Positions 31,880 through 32,336 of a stretch of DNA of 32,336 nucleotides are shown one piece after another (the first letter of the stretch is position 1; the number at the start of each line of letters is the position of its first letter). A program made the position numbers and the translations under genes. Origin of the DNA: Macrostomum lignano (lineage: Eukaryota); the NCBI GenBank assembly GCA_002269645.1, contig NIVC01003201.1, positions 79,636 through 111,971 on the forward strand. Direction: 5' to 3'. The notes below the pieces were generated by a model that saw nothing but the letters and a program-made list of their open reading frames with translations, was not told the origin of the DNA and ran no database searches.

Positions 31880-32336
31880 GAATGAAGATTTATAATAGAT
31901 ATAGCACACAATAGTCAAGATGGAACAGGTACGAGAATCGAAATATAACAGATATAACACCAGAATCAAAGATATAACAGATGATATATAGCACACCAGA
32001 ATCAGGGATACAACGGATATAACAGATGTAACACACTAAAATCAAAGATATAACACACTAGAATGTAAGATATAACAGATATAGCACACCAGAATCAGGG
32101 ATATAACAGATATAGCACACCAGAATCAGGGATATAACAGATATAACACACCAGAATCAGGAATATAACAGATATAACACACCAGAATCAGGATATAACA
32201 GATATAGCACACCAGAATCAAGGATACAACAGATATAGCACACCAGAATCAGGGATATAACAGATATAACACACAGAATCAGGAATATAACAGATATAAC
32301 ACACCAGAATCAGGGATATAACAGAATATAGCACAC
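31880..32336. repeat. ~30-bp tandem array (GATATAACAGATATAGCACACCAGAATCAGG), runs off window
   Basis: Direct reading. Confidence 0.95.

Noticed and set aside
1-32336. The three genes as a functional cluster (lectin receptor signalling through Vav)
   Set aside because: Lectin-Vav signalling is known for vertebrate ITAM/hemITAM receptors, but this tail has FxNPxY rather than an ITAM, and adjacency alone is not evidence in an animal genome.

Overview
Eukaryotic (animal) genomic DNA, not prokaryotic. It has spliced genes with GT-AG introns, and most introns are filled with tandem repeats. The anion-type nicotinic receptor and repeat-packed introns suggest a lophotrochozoan, possibly a Macrostomum-like flatworm (inference only). 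Three genes were reconstructed by hand. (1) The 3' part of a + strand type I membrane protein with at least three C-type lectin-like domains, a membrane-proximal kringle, one TM helix and an FxNPxY tail (1-4769); it needs 4 single-base frameshift corrections. (2) A frameshift-free 7-exon Vav-family Rho/Rac GEF (CH-Ac-DH-PH-C1-SH2-SH3; 8342-23040; about 933 aa). Its C1 domain has lost one zinc site, and it may have extra 3' exon(s) near 25.4-25.6 kb. (3) The 3' six exons of a - strand nicotinic acetylcholine receptor alpha subunit with the Pro-Ala-Lys anion-selectivity motif (27177-31654); it needs about 4 indel corrections. Also present: about 17 tandem arrays, two inverted copies of a tRNA-derived SINE, a TA-flanked mariner-type MITE and a ~435-bp foldback. 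Nearly all long ORFs in the supplied track outside these exons are repeat artefacts. No CRISPR array, rRNA or true tRNA gene was found. I found no evidence for a wholly new multi-gene system; the best leads are unusual protein architectures and the intron-specific satellites.
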